Source: Pseudodesulfovibrio piezophilus C1TLV30
GTDB lineage: Bacteria; Desulfobacterota; Desulfovibrionia; Desulfovibrionales; Desulfovibrionaceae
Length of the DNA: 32,000 bases
Reading direction: 5' to 3'
NCBI RefSeq assembly: GCF_000341895.1
Contig: NC_020409.1
Coordinates: 1,830,001 to 1,862,000 of the forward strand
The translations under genes were made by a program, and so were the position numbers. How positions within the stretch are numbered: position 1 is the stretch's first letter; every line of letters begins with the position of its first letter. The notes beneath the pieces are model-generated. The model was not told where the DNA came from, did no database searches, and saw nothing but the letters and a program-made list of their open reading frames with translations. Positions 14,328-24,045 of the stretch are shown in pieces.

Positions 14328-16544
14328 TCAATGGGCCTTGACAGCAACTTCGAGCCGGGCAATGGCAACCCGCAAGGTGGCAAGACGTTTTCTGGAGAGT
14401 TCGTGATCGCCCTGCCTCGCTGAGTTCTCCAAACGAACTGCGGCTCTTCGTGTCATCTCTGCCCCTATGGAAGCCGCAACACTCTTGAGAGTATGTGCCT
14501 GAAGCGCGACCTCCTGAAGCAGCCCTGCCTGGACGCCTTTTTCCGCCAGTTCAAACTTCAGAGAAACCTCACTGATGGCATTCGGAAGTAAATATTCCAT
14601 TTCCTCGGATGTGATATCAAGCATGGATGCGGCCTGTTCCAGATCAAGAACCGGAGTGGATTCCACCTCATGTCTTTTCTGCTCCTCCGGAGCCTGCCAA
14701 TCTCCTCCGAGCACCTGCTGCATGGTTGCACCCAAGTCGCCACACCCCACAGGCTTGGTCACGAAACCGTTCATCCCCTCTCTCGCACACCGGCTTCTGA
14801 TCTCACCCAAGGCATGAGCCGTGATTGCCACGATAGGGATGGTCGGTTGCCGAACGGGCCGCCCCAGACCTTCCCCTGAACGGATACGCCGAGTCGTTTC
14901 ATGTCCATCCATGCCCGGCATCTCCAAATCCATCAGGACGATATCAAAATCGTGTTCTGCGAGGAGCATGAGGGCTTTTGCCCCACTTTCCGCTACAGTC
15001 GTCCGCATCCCCAACCGCTCAAGGTGCAACTTCTCCACCTTCACATTGAGGGGATTATCATCAACCAAAAGGACGTTGGACCGTTTCACCGGAATACAGG
15101 TATCGGAAAAGGCAGCCACAAACTCAGGCTCATTTGCTCTCTCGGCATTGCCCTCCCCGAATCGAGAGGTAAAGGAAAATTCACTGCCCACCCCTTTTTC
15201 TGACTGGACACGAATCTCACCGCCCATCAAGTCTACCAGACTTTTGCATATGGACAACCCAAGGCCCGACCCGCCGTGACTTCGGGAAGAAGAACCATCA
15301 CCCTGTGTAAATGCCTCAAAAATGGTTCTGATCTTTTCCCTGCCAATACCCGTCCCACTATCCTTGACGGAAAAACGGACCCCAACCGGGCGATCCGGGT
15401 CATCTCCCCCCTCGGGCCAGGAACTGACCGTCAACCGAATATAGCCGTCGTCCGTAAACTTGATGGCATTATTGAGGAGATTGATCAGTACTTGTCGCAA
15501 CCTGACAGGATCACCCTTGAGAAATCTCGGCGTTCCATCCAGGGATTCGAATTCCAGGGCAACTCCTTTTTTTTCGGCATGCAACTTGACAGTTCGCATG
15601 GCCGAATTGACCACTGAAGAAAGATCAAAATGCGCTGAAACAAGCCGAAGTCTGCGGGCTTCAATCCGTGAAAAATCGAGAATATCCGTAATCACATCCA
15701 ACAAATGCAGTGCGGATTCACGGGCAGTTTCGATATACTCACGAAGCTCGCCTTGCAGTCCTGATTGCAAGGCAACCTCAGTCATTCCGAGAATCGAGTT
15801 CATCGGAGTTCTGATTTCATGACTGACAGTGGCCAGAAAATCAGATTTGGCCCGGCTGGCATCCAGCACCTGCGCATGCGCTTCTCGAAGCTGACGATTC
15901 TTGCCTTCAATAACTTTTCGATTCATGAAATCCCGGTACGCAGCCCGATACCCGATATGTGCCACAGCAAAAGAAACCCAGGAAATAACCATTGCATTGA
16001 TCAGGTGATGCTTCACGAGGCTGAGTTCCGGCACAAAGAGAAACAATGCTCCGATCAAGCTGATCCAGCCAATGCCGATCAAGAGGGAAACCTGCCGAAC
16101 CGGCATTGCCAGAAAAGCAGACGGTCCCAGCAGAAAAACATACATGGGACCGATGGAGTCCTTGAGCGGGAACATGTAGCCTACGATGGCCGAAGTATAG
16201 ATCATGAAAAAATAGGTATACATCTTCCAAACCAGGTGGTGGCGTGGCTTGATATCATGTACCGACCGCAAAGGCCCGAAGAGCGGAAAAAAGGCAAAAC
16301 AGGCAAGGATGGCGACGGACCGCAATATGACAATCCCGCACCAGACAGAAGAATGACCGGCCTGCTTCACGGTAAAATAGTCGGCAATGAGCAAGAAGGT
16401 CAAAGAGGAGAGCACCAACCAAGTGACCGCTTTGAGGCGGCGACAGTTGGACAGGTCAATGGCCCGTCGAAATTCTTCGGCAAGATTTTCCGGTGGCTGA
16501 GGCTCCCGAAACAGCTCCCGCAATCGAGATGGTAAATAGTGCAT
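14328..16544 (-). CDS. hybrid sensor histidine kinase (polytopic membrane N-domain, HisKA, HATPase, REC, HPt)
   Basis: About 6 hydrophobic segments in the first 200 aa. H-box FLATVSHEIRTPMNSILGMTE, G-boxes DSGTGIG and GGSGLGLSI, receiver VLLVDDNPLN..DIVLMDLEMPGMDG, and C-terminal HPt-like AHTLKSVAASIGA. Confidence 0.92.
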   Translation of the reverse strand: MHYLPSRLRELFREPQPPENLAEEFRRAIDLSNCRRLKAVTWLVLSSLTFLLIADYFTVKQAGHSSVWCGIVILRSVAILACFAFFPLFGPLRSVHDIKPRHHLVWKMYTYFFMIYTSAIVGYMFPLKDSIGPMYVFLLGPSAFLAMPVRQVSLLIGIGWISLIGALFLFVPELSLVKHHLINAMVISWVSFAVAHIGYRAAYRDFMNRKVIEGKNRQLREAHAQVLDASRAKSDFLATVSHEIRTPMNSILGMTEVALQSGLQGELREYIETARESALHLLDVITDILDFSRIEARRLRLVSAHFDLSSVVNSAMRTVKLHAEKKGVALEFESLDGTPRFLKGDPVRLRQVLINLLNNAIKFTDDGYIRLTVSSWPEGGDDPDRPVGVRFSVKDSGTGIGREKIRTIFEAFTQGDGSSSRSHGGSGLGLSICKSLVDLMGGEIRVQSEKGVGSEFSFTSRFGEGNAERANEPEFVAAFSDTCIPVKRSNVLLVDDNPLNVKVEKLHLERLGMRTTVAESGAKALMLLAEHDFDIVLMDLEMPGMDGHETTRRIRSGEGLGRPVRQPTIPIVAITAHALGEIRSRCAREGMNGFVTKPVGCGDLGATMQQVLGGDWQAPEEQKRHEVESTPVLDLEQAASMLDITSEEMEYLLPNAISEVSLKFELAEKGVQAGLLQEVALQAHTLKSVAASIGAEMTRRAAVRLENSARQGDHELSRKRLATLRVAIARLEVAVKAH

Positions 16545-16598
16545 TGATTATGCCCTCACGAGCACACTCATTACCACGGAAGGTTCTCTTTTCCAACA

Positions 16599-18620
16599 CT
16601 ATTCAGAATAAGGAAAACGTCCATCGGGAATCCCCGACATGACGGTAAATCGAATGGTCGTCCCTTTTCCCGGCGTCGTGTCGACAAAAAGCTCACCACC
16701 CATGGCTGTGAGGAATTCCTGCACCAGCGAGAGACCGATGCCGATACCACCATGGCGACGGCTTCGTGCACCGTCCACTTGTCTGAATGGCTCGAAACTC
16801 TGCTTGAGTTGGGCTGCGTCCATGCCGATACCTGTATCTGAAACCGAAATTTCCATTATTCCCTGCTGTCCGTCAGCCTTTTCCAAAGGCGTCCAGTTCG
16901 CGAGGATATGTATGGTTCCTTCGTCCGTAAACTTCACGGCGTTTCCGGTGAGGTGAAAAAGGATTTGGCGGATACGTCGCCCATCTCCCCACAACCGCTC
17001 AGGAATTTTTTCACCGATTTCATAGGTCAGGGCAATGCCTTTACTTTCAGCCTCCACCTGATACGGCTTGACCACCAGCGAGACAATCTCGGCAAGATTG
17101 AAATCCTGCTGATCCAAAGCGAGTGTGCCTGCTTCGATCACGGAAAAATCCAGAATATCATTGAGCAGGGCCAAGAGAGTCTGGGCCGCGTCCATGGCAT
17201 GCTCGATCATCTCCACCCCATCTCCGTGCAGGTCCTCCTCCCTGAAGAGCTTGAGCATGGTTATCAAGACATTGAGCGGTGTGCGTATTTCGTGACTGAT
17301 ATTGGCCATAAAATCTGATTTGGCCCGGCTCACTTCCTCGGCAAGTTCCTTGGCCTTGATCAGCTCACTCACATCCTGAACCGCCTGGACTTCGAACTGC
17401 CCACTTGATTGATGCGTAGTGCGGATGGCCTGCCTGAGTCCATCCACGGTCCTGACCTCGCACCGGTCACTTGCCATCCCTTTAAGCGTGTCTTCGTCTT
17501 CTTCAAGCACCGACACAAATTCATCAACACATTCATTGAGAGCGGAGGGACCAAACATGGACACAGCCGCAGGATTCAAAGAGCGAATAATATGCTGGCC
17601 CTCGACCAACTCCACACTGAGCAAAGGAATAGGAGAATTATCAATCAACAACTTGAGATCGATTTCAATCTGCTTGCGGCGGGTGACATCCTCACGGATG
17701 AGAATCCCCCCAATGACCTCTCCATTCTGTGACAATGGCGAAAGTCGAAAGTTGTTCCAGGCTTCAGAATGTCTGCCAAAAGCAGGAATATAAACATCTT
17801 CCAAGGAAACCCGTTTCCCCTCCAGCACCTTGAGAATTCTGCTTCCAACTCCAGCCTGGGGAATACCGGGCAATTCATTGATTCGTCTTCCGATATAAAA
17901 TTCCGGCTGTGTCTTGCCTTCATCCAGAACCTTCATATGCCATTCATTGACAAAATCCACGATCCCCTTGGCATTGAAAGTCACGATGGAAATGGGAGAA
18001 GCCATGGTCAAGGCCATATAGCGGTCGTAGCTCTCCCGAACCATTCTTTCCGCCATTTCACGCTGGGAGATGTCAAAAATTATGAACAGAGCCGCCGTGG
18101 CCTGTTCTCCATGAGCGGCAAGAGGATGCACCGAATAGAGAGCGGGAAACGTCGCACCGGATTTTCTCGACATACGCAGACGGGCATTATCCCGTTCGCC
18201 GATAGGACACGCGCCGAACTCCGTATCGCAAAGAATATCGAGGGACTGCCCTATGATTTCCGAACGTTCATATTCGAAGAGATTCCGTGCCCCGGCACTG
18301 AACTCTAGAATTCGTCGCTCCTGATCTGTCTCGGCGATGATGAAGGCCACATCTTCGGCAGCTTCGAAAATAATATCCAGCCGAGTCTCGGAATCCGCCA
18401 GAGAGTCACAGGTGACGGGCGAAGCAGTTTCCGTTCTCGGAGCAGACCTTTCCCTGTTTTCCAAGGCAGTATGGTACTCCCCCAGACGAGCATGAAGATC
18501 ACGGAGGGTCTCGATATCGGGGGAGGGAGTTCCGGTCAGGGCATCAAAACGGAGACGAAGATCTTCCCGAATTTCCTGAACTTTTCCCGGACCATTGATA
18601 TATGTCTTTTCCCTTGGCAT
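16599..18620 (-). CDS. cytoplasmic multi-PAS sensor histidine kinase
   Basis: No TM segments. Several PAS-like repeats, H-box FMANISHEIRTPLNVL, and HATPase motifs DTGIGMD and GGIGIGLSLV. It is separated from the downstream hybrid kinase by 54 nt. Confidence 0.92.
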   Translation of the reverse strand: MPREKTYINGPGKVQEIREDLRLRFDALTGTPSPDIETLRDLHARLGEYHTALENRERSAPRTETASPVTCDSLADSETRLDIIFEAAEDVAFIIAETDQERRILEFSAGARNLFEYERSEIIGQSLDILCDTEFGACPIGERDNARLRMSRKSGATFPALYSVHPLAAHGEQATAALFIIFDISQREMAERMVRESYDRYMALTMASPISIVTFNAKGIVDFVNEWHMKVLDEGKTQPEFYIGRRINELPGIPQAGVGSRILKVLEGKRVSLEDVYIPAFGRHSEAWNNFRLSPLSQNGEVIGGILIREDVTRRKQIEIDLKLLIDNSPIPLLSVELVEGQHIIRSLNPAAVSMFGPSALNECVDEFVSVLEEDEDTLKGMASDRCEVRTVDGLRQAIRTTHQSSGQFEVQAVQDVSELIKAKELAEEVSRAKSDFMANISHEIRTPLNVLITMLKLFREEDLHGDGVEMIEHAMDAAQTLLALLNDILDFSVIEAGTLALDQQDFNLAEIVSLVVKPYQVEAESKGIALTYEIGEKIPERLWGDGRRIRQILFHLTGNAVKFTDEGTIHILANWTPLEKADGQQGIMEISVSDTGIGMDAAQLKQSFEPFRQVDGARSRRHGGIGIGLSLVQEFLTAMGGELFVDTTPGKGTTIRFTVMSGIPDGRFPYSE

Positions 18621-18708
18621 GAGCGGTCCTGATTAGGGTTATAAGCCATCTTATACCTGAACCTCGCATTCTACGAAAGAAAAAAGAACGATATCTCCAT
18701 CGACGAGG

Positions 18709-19086
18709 TTACGCTTCCGCAGTCTGGGGTTCGCGCTCCCGTCTCCAGGCTTCATATTCAGCTCCCCAATCACACAGAGAATCAATGACAGGGACAACAG
18801 TTTTACCAAGTTCGGTCAGCGAATACTCCACCTTGGGCGGAACCTGAGCGTACACCTCCCGATGCACGATCCCGTCACTCTCAAGCTCCCGCAACTGTTG
18901 TGTCAGCATTTTCTGAGTTATATTCGGAATAGAACGTTTGATTTCGCTGAACCGAAGGACCATATCGTCGCCCAACCTGTAAATAATGATAGGCTTCCAT
19001 TTCCCTCCAATCACCTGGAGAGTCAACTCCACCGTGCAATAATATCTTTTTTCGCCGCACAGTTTCAAAGAGCAGGGATCACTCAT
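18709..19086 (-). CDS. HxlR-family winged-helix transcriptional regulator
   Basis: 125 aa. CTVELTLQVIGGKWKPIIIYRL and ITQKMLTQQLRELESDGIVHREVY..PPKVEYSLTELG are canonical HxlR/MarR-like motifs. Confidence 0.9.
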   Translation of the reverse strand: MSDPCSLKLCGEKRYYCTVELTLQVIGGKWKPIIIYRLGDDMVLRFSEIKRSIPNITQKMLTQQLRELESDGIVHREVYAQVPPKVEYSLTELGKTVVPVIDSLCDWGAEYEAWRREREPQTAEA

Positions 19087-19285
19087 GACATCACTCCGTC
19101 GATAATGGGATTATACTATACGAATACCGCATGCCCGGTAGAATACCCAAAGGTTTTGCCGACTGGTATCTTTCTGGTAACTATGGCACAAAAATGTGCG
19201 TACTTGATATTTTTCTACTGTTAGCAGAAAAGAAAACAGACGTAAACAAGTCTTCGATAAGGAGACGTGATCAAGGAGCTCTGAC

Positions 19286-19795
19286 ATGACCCACCTCGAC
19301 TTGATAAACAGCCGCAGGAGCATCCGTAAATACACGGAAAAGCCCATTCCTGAAGAAATGATCCACTCTCTGCTGGAGGCTGCCATGATGGCACCGAGCG
19401 CAGGGAATGCACAGCCCTGGCAATTTGTTGTTGTCACTGAGAATGCCCTTCTCAAAAAGGCCAGTAAAATCCACCCCTACGTCACAATGGCAGCCAGTGC
19501 CCAACTCGGTATCCTCGTCTGCGGAGACCTCTCCAAGGAAAAATATCCCGGATTTTGGGTACAGGATTGCGCAGCCGCCATGCAGAACATGCTCCTGGCA
19601 GCCCATGCTCTGGGTCTTGGTGCCGTCTGGACAGGAATTTATCCCATGGAAGATCGCGTAGCGACCACTGCCAAACTCTTTAACCTCCCGGAGTCAGTCA
19701 TCCCCTTGGGTTTTGCCCCTCTGGGCTGGCCGAACCAGCACCCACAATCAGCAACCCGATACCGCGAGGACCGGGTCCACTATAACACCTACTAG
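19286..19795 (+). CDS. nitroreductase family protein
   Basis: LINSRRSIRKYTEKPIP..APSAGNAQPWQFVVV..AAMQNMLLAAHALGLGAVW is the typical NfnB/NfsA-fold signature. Confidence 0.9.
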   Translation: MTHLDLINSRRSIRKYTEKPIPEEMIHSLLEAAMMAPSAGNAQPWQFVVVTENALLKKASKIHPYVTMAASAQLGILVCGDLSKEKYPGFWVQDCAAAMQNMLLAAHALGLGAVWTGIYPMEDRVATTAKLFNLPESVIPLGFAPLGWPNQHPQSATRYREDRVHYNTY

Positions 19796-19804
19796 GAGAA
19801 ATTC

Positions 19805-20380
19805 ATGAAAGTTGTTGCTATCAACGGTTCCTCCCGAAAGGGCGGGAACACGAGTGAGATGGTCAAACGGGTTTCCAGCGAGCTGGAAGCCGAAGGCATT
19901 GAAGTCGAGGTCATCGACCTGGCCGGAAAAACCATGAAAGGCTGTATCGCCTGCTACAAATGCTTCGAAAACAAGGACCGACTCTGCGCAGTCAAAAATG
20001 ATTTCGTCAATGAATGTATCGCTGCCATGGACGGCGCTGATGGCATTCTCCTTGCCTCTCCCACGTACTTTGCCAATATATCTCCCGAGATAAAGGCTCT
20101 CATAGACCGAGCTGGCATGGTCGGTATTGCCAATGATTACATGTACGCCCGCAAAGCCGGAGCAGGCATTGTTGTCAAACGTCGCGGCGGAGCCATGCAA
20201 GCCTTCAACGCGCTGAACTCATTTTTCTTCATCGAACAAATGATGGTTCCCGGATCCCGATACTGGAATCTCTGTGTCGGCCGAGAAAAGGGAGAAGTCC
20301 TTGAAGATGCAGAGGGTATGGAAACCATGGAAGTACTGGGTAAGAATATGGCCTGGCTCATGAAGAAACTCGAAGATTAA
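19805..20380 (+). CDS. iron-sulfur flavoprotein (Isf-type NADPH-dependent FMN reductase/flavodoxin-like)
   Basis: MKVVAINGSSRKGGNT FMN-reductase N-terminus plus the compact Cys motif CIACYKCFENKDRLC (C-x2-C-x2-C-x7-C) that characterises Isf proteins. It starts 9 nt after the nitroreductase stop. Confidence 0.85.
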   Translation: MKVVAINGSSRKGGNTSEMVKRVSSELEAEGIEVEVIDLAGKTMKGCIACYKCFENKDRLCAVKNDFVNECIAAMDGADGILLASPTYFANISPEIKALIDRAGMVGIANDYMYARKAGAGIVVKRRGGAMQAFNALNSFFFIEQMMVPGSRYWNLCVGREKGEVLEDAEGMETMEVLGKNMAWLMKKLED

Positions 20381-20394
20381 TCAAGCATTCCCGG

Positions 20395-20445
20395 TCGGAA
20401 AAAGAGAAAGCCCTTTCACAGAGAAAGGGCTTTCTCTTTTTCCGA
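20395..20445. terminator. Bidirectional intrinsic terminator (perfect 23-bp inverted repeat)
   Basis: tcggaaaaagagaaagccctttc (20395-20417), loop acaga, gaaagggctttctctttttccga (20423-20445). A GC core is flanked by A-runs and T-runs on both strands. It sits between convergent isf and the 785-aa kinase. Confidence 0.85.
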
Positions 20446-20485
20446 CGACTGGGGCATCTCCACAAGCCAGATGGGAAAGACTCCC

Positions 20486-22843
20486 TTAATCTGCTTCAGG
20501 CTCCCCCTCGACAGCAGCAGCTGACACAGGGAGAGAAACTGTGATGGTCGTCTCCCCTGGCACACTGGTATCCAAAGTGATCTCGCCACCATGGGTCCTT
20601 GCCACCAAACGGGCTGAATAAGTACCGAGACCAGAGCCGCCTTCACTCCCGGCGCTTGAGTATTTGTCGAAAAAGACTTCTCGAATATCATCCGGAACTT
20701 CTCCCTTGTTCCTGATGGCAATAAAAACCATCTCTGCCTGCCACAGCCGAACCGTGACCGACCCACCGGGTGGGGAGGCCTGCAATGCATTCAACAGGAG
20801 ATTCGAAAGCATTGACCGGAACAAGGGTTCCTCAGCTGTCAGGTAGAAAACATCGGCACCGGGATTATCAAGCACCTCTTTTCCAATACTGATACCTTTT
20901 GCCCGAACAATTGTCCTGGTCTCATTCTGAATGCACTCCAACACACTCAGTACGTCCACAGAGGTCTTTTGCAATACGTAAGCTCCCGATTCCATCTTGA
21001 ATAAATCCAAGGATCGGTTGATGAGTTGCAGCATGGTTTCCCCTGCATTTTCTATGGTGGACAGCATGGTTTCCTGTACCGGGCTGAGGTCACCCACCCG
21101 ACGGATCTCTCCGGGCAGCCCGACAACAGCACCGAGCGGTGTCTTGAGGTCATGCCGGGCCATCCGCTCCACATCATCACGCAGAGCTTCCATCCGCTTT
21201 CTGTCGGTAATATCACGCCCGACTCCCTGAAAACCGATCAGTTCACCTGTGTCATTGAGCAGCATACCGAACCGCGTTTCCAACCAGACCGTGGTATCGT
21301 CCGCGCACAGGAATTCCAAATCCAGAGTCAGGGATGGGGATGGGGATGGTGCTCGCTTATGTCCTTCAGCCTTGCCAACCAGTGTCATCATGCCTTCCGC
21401 AAAGATGCGTCCTGACATGGGAGTCAAGAAATCTTCCATTGGCAGACTCAGCACATCACGCCGTCCAAAGCCACGCAAAGCCTGATCTGATGGGCTGACA
21501 TACGTATATCGCCCTTCAGCATCCAACCCCATAATCACATCCGTAACGTTATCGGCAAGCATGCGATACTGTCGTTCACTCTGCTTCAAAGCCTCTTCCA
21601 TCAGCTTACGATCAGTAATATCCGTGCCCACGCAAAGCAGCTCAACCAGTATCCCATTCCGATCAAGCACGGACTCATTCGCCCAGGAAACCCAAACCAT
21701 TTCTCCTGTCTTGCGGGTATGAATGGCTTCATTGAATAAATCCGCAGCAGGGTTCTGGAGGACCCGATAAATGAACCGTTTCATGGATTCACCATCCAGG
21801 TTCTTTTCCGGAGTCAATGTCCCGGCCAGGGGCTTTCCGACCAATTCCCCAGGGGCATATCCGAAAAACCGCTCACCGTATTCATTACAAAAAGAGATGG
21901 TCCCCGTGACATCAAGACGTAAGATGATACTTTTGGCTCGCTGGATGAGATCACGATATTTTTCGCGCTCAGACAGACCATTGAGCAAAAAATAAAGCGT
22001 TGCCCAGAGCAAACCCGACACTGCCAGGATGGCTCCACCGCCAACCATCGCGATGGTCTCAAGCCTGGGAGAGTCCGACCATCCCGGATTCGGGACTGCG
22101 GCCATCTGCCAATACCCTCCGGGAACCGGAACGCTCATCACCACCGGACGCATCATAAAGACATCGCTTCGGCCGAAAAGTATACCATTCCCATCCTGAG
22201 AACCGGCGGGATCACGAAGCGCCACATCCAGAGAAGCCGAAAGCCTGCCCATTCCAGCTTCCCGGTACAATGCATTAGCATCAATACGCATGAGAATGAC
22301 GCCCCAGTAAATTCGGGGCGCAGCCGCCTCGCCACCGGGAAGAAGAACAGGTGTTGCCGCGACGATCACATCCTCCCCCTGCCCTGTCGCCGTGGGAGGC
22401 ATAATCTGCCGCTGCCGGGTTCGCATTGCCCGCCGTACCAATTCCTGTATATCCGAAGGAGAGTCTTCCAACAGAGTCATCCCGAGAGGAGACGAACCAC
22501 GGTTCATGGGGAACTGATGACTGGTGACATTATCCTTGGCCAACTCGAGACTCCGCACGCCGCTGACATTGATCAGCAGCCCTCGGACAAAAGAAGAAAA
22601 CACCTGTTGGTCCAGATTCGGTTCCAGCATGACCAGAGAACAAATAGCCTCGGCCAATTGCAGACGTGTATTCAGGCCGCTTTCAAAACTGCCCTGCAAA
22701 GTTGAGAGCTTATAAAAGACTTCCAACCGCACCTTTTGAGCATGACGTTCCTGCTCGGCGTAAATACCGATAACGAGCGCTCCGAACAGACTGATTCCGA
22801 GAAGAAGCGGGAGGATGTAAACAATACGTCGTGGCATATGCAT
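20486..22843 (-). CDS. sensor histidine kinase with periplasmic sensor domain (CHASE-like, tentative), two PAS domains and a kinase core
   Basis: TM1 IVYILPLLLGISLFGALVIGI, an extracytoplasmic stretch of about 250 aa, and TM2 IAMVGGGAILAVSGLLWATLYFLL. PAS repeats follow, with H-box RMARHDLKTPLGAVVG and HATPase GGSGLGTYSARLV. Confidence 0.9.
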   Translation of the reverse strand: MHMPRRIVYILPLLLGISLFGALVIGIYAEQERHAQKVRLEVFYKLSTLQGSFESGLNTRLQLAEAICSLVMLEPNLDQQVFSSFVRGLLINVSGVRSLELAKDNVTSHQFPMNRGSSPLGMTLLEDSPSDIQELVRRAMRTRQRQIMPPTATGQGEDVIVAATPVLLPGGEAAAPRIYWGVILMRIDANALYREAGMGRLSASLDVALRDPAGSQDGNGILFGRSDVFMMRPVVMSVPVPGGYWQMAAVPNPGWSDSPRLETIAMVGGGAILAVSGLLWATLYFLLNGLSEREKYRDLIQRAKSIILRLDVTGTISFCNEYGERFFGYAPGELVGKPLAGTLTPEKNLDGESMKRFIYRVLQNPAADLFNEAIHTRKTGEMVWVSWANESVLDRNGILVELLCVGTDITDRKLMEEALKQSERQYRMLADNVTDVIMGLDAEGRYTYVSPSDQALRGFGRRDVLSLPMEDFLTPMSGRIFAEGMMTLVGKAEGHKRAPSPSPSLTLDLEFLCADDTTVWLETRFGMLLNDTGELIGFQGVGRDITDRKRMEALRDDVERMARHDLKTPLGAVVGLPGEIRRVGDLSPVQETMLSTIENAGETMLQLINRSLDLFKMESGAYVLQKTSVDVLSVLECIQNETRTIVRAKGISIGKEVLDNPGADVFYLTAEEPLFRSMLSNLLLNALQASPPGGSVTVRLWQAEMVFIAIRNKGEVPDDIREVFFDKYSSAGSEGGSGLGTYSARLVARTHGGEITLDTSVPGETTITVSLPVSAAAVEGEPEAD

Positions 22844-23065
22844 TATTCTTTTTTTCGAGCACCCGGAATGAGGAGACTCTCTGTCTCCATATCAAAAGCG
22901 GCCTTCAAATCAAAGAATTATGCATATAATAACAAAAAATAGAATTCGCCAAATGACTTCTCATGATCAAGAAAAGCACTGCTGAAGCTGCTCCACGAAA
23001 GAGAGCATATAAACCGCAAAGTGGAGAATAAAAATCAGGGAGGCGATAAAAAGGACTTGAAAGTG

Positions 23066-23962
23066 TTACCCGTTGACCGTGGCTGCGGCTTGGTCCGTAC
23101 GGGAACTGAATGCAACAGGCAAAGCTTCAAGCCCAGGATGTGGTGGGAATAACAGACCGTCCTGCCCCTGCCGACGACGTCGTGTCGTACGCATCTCACG
23201 AACCAGGCGCAGATTTCTGGACCCAATAGGGTCGAAAGAAACAGCAATGCTGGCCATGGGATCGGACAAAAAATCAAAAACAAGATTCTGGGAAAGTGTA
23301 AACATGGCATTTAACTGACTGTCAGGCAGGGGCCACGGAAGAATCCGGTCTGCCAACCGCAGAGAATATCCCCATTCACGACTGCCTGTCAGATGCAGGC
23401 TCCCCTTGACTATCTGTTTCTTGAGCAGAAATGGAAGCCGCTTTCGGTCCATGGCGGAAAGTAACGTCCCATCAGTATCCCTGTTGGGCCTTCTGAACAA
23501 GGCCAGGGCGGATTCCCGCTCTTCCTTGAACGGACGGTCTGCCTGGGCCTCGACATAGACGTGAGATATCTTTCCCCCCGAAGGCATGGTCCAGAGGGAA
23601 TTGGGAACATAATAATTGTGAGCGACCACATCAGCGGCAAGGTGCGTTAGGTAGCCATACGCGTAGGACATGACCCGAGGATCACCGGCGGATTTCAACA
23701 ATTTGAAGCCAGTCACCCAGTTGTGGCTATGCCCCGGTTTGAAATTGGTTCCCTTCCCGATGAAAATATCAGCGGAAAGACAGCCGTAAAGATAGGCGTT
23801 TCTATGCTGAGCCAGCAGTTCAGCTACCAGAGGAGGCAGGCTGTACAAATTCGCCAAAACAGAATTTCCCAGAGCGAGGTGCACCCCCGGCCCCCAGGCC
23901 AAGGCTTCGTGAGGGATGAGCGCGGCGATTACCGCAAGGCAGAGAATGGCACATATCTTCAT
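23066..23962 (-). CDS. zinc-dependent phospholipase C family protein (secreted)
   Basis: Signal peptide MKICAILCLAVIAALIPHEALA is followed directly by WGPGVHLALGN. The mature N-terminal Trp and His resemble the alpha-toxin-type Zn ligands. A later HLAADVVAHN motif is also present. Confidence 0.72.
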   Translation of the reverse strand: MKICAILCLAVIAALIPHEALAWGPGVHLALGNSVLANLYSLPPLVAELLAQHRNAYLYGCLSADIFIGKGTNFKPGHSHNWVTGFKLLKSAGDPRVMSYAYGYLTHLAADVVAHNYYVPNSLWTMPSGGKISHVYVEAQADRPFKEERESALALFRRPNRDTDGTLLSAMDRKRLPFLLKKQIVKGSLHLTGSREWGYSLRLADRILPWPLPDSQLNAMFTLSQNLVFDFLSDPMASIAVSFDPIGSRNLRLVREMRTTRRRRQGQDGLLFPPHPGLEALPVAFSSRTDQAAATVNG

Positions 23963-24045
23963 ATTCTATTTCGCTCCAAGGAAGAGAAAGTAAGACTGCC
24001 AGCCCAAAAGTCAATGAGAATCTGTGTGACATTACCGATGCGACA

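Noticed and set aside
19184-19199. Sigma-54-like TGGCAC-N-TGTGC element upstream of the nitroreductase gene
   Set aside because: The GG and GC dinucleotides are separated by 11 nt instead of the strict 10. No enhancer-binding protein gene is nearby.
21331-21349. GGGGAT microsatellite-like repeat (about 3 copies)
   Set aside because: It lies in frame inside the 785-aa kinase and encodes a PSPSPS linker between PAS domains. It is too short to call a repeat locus.
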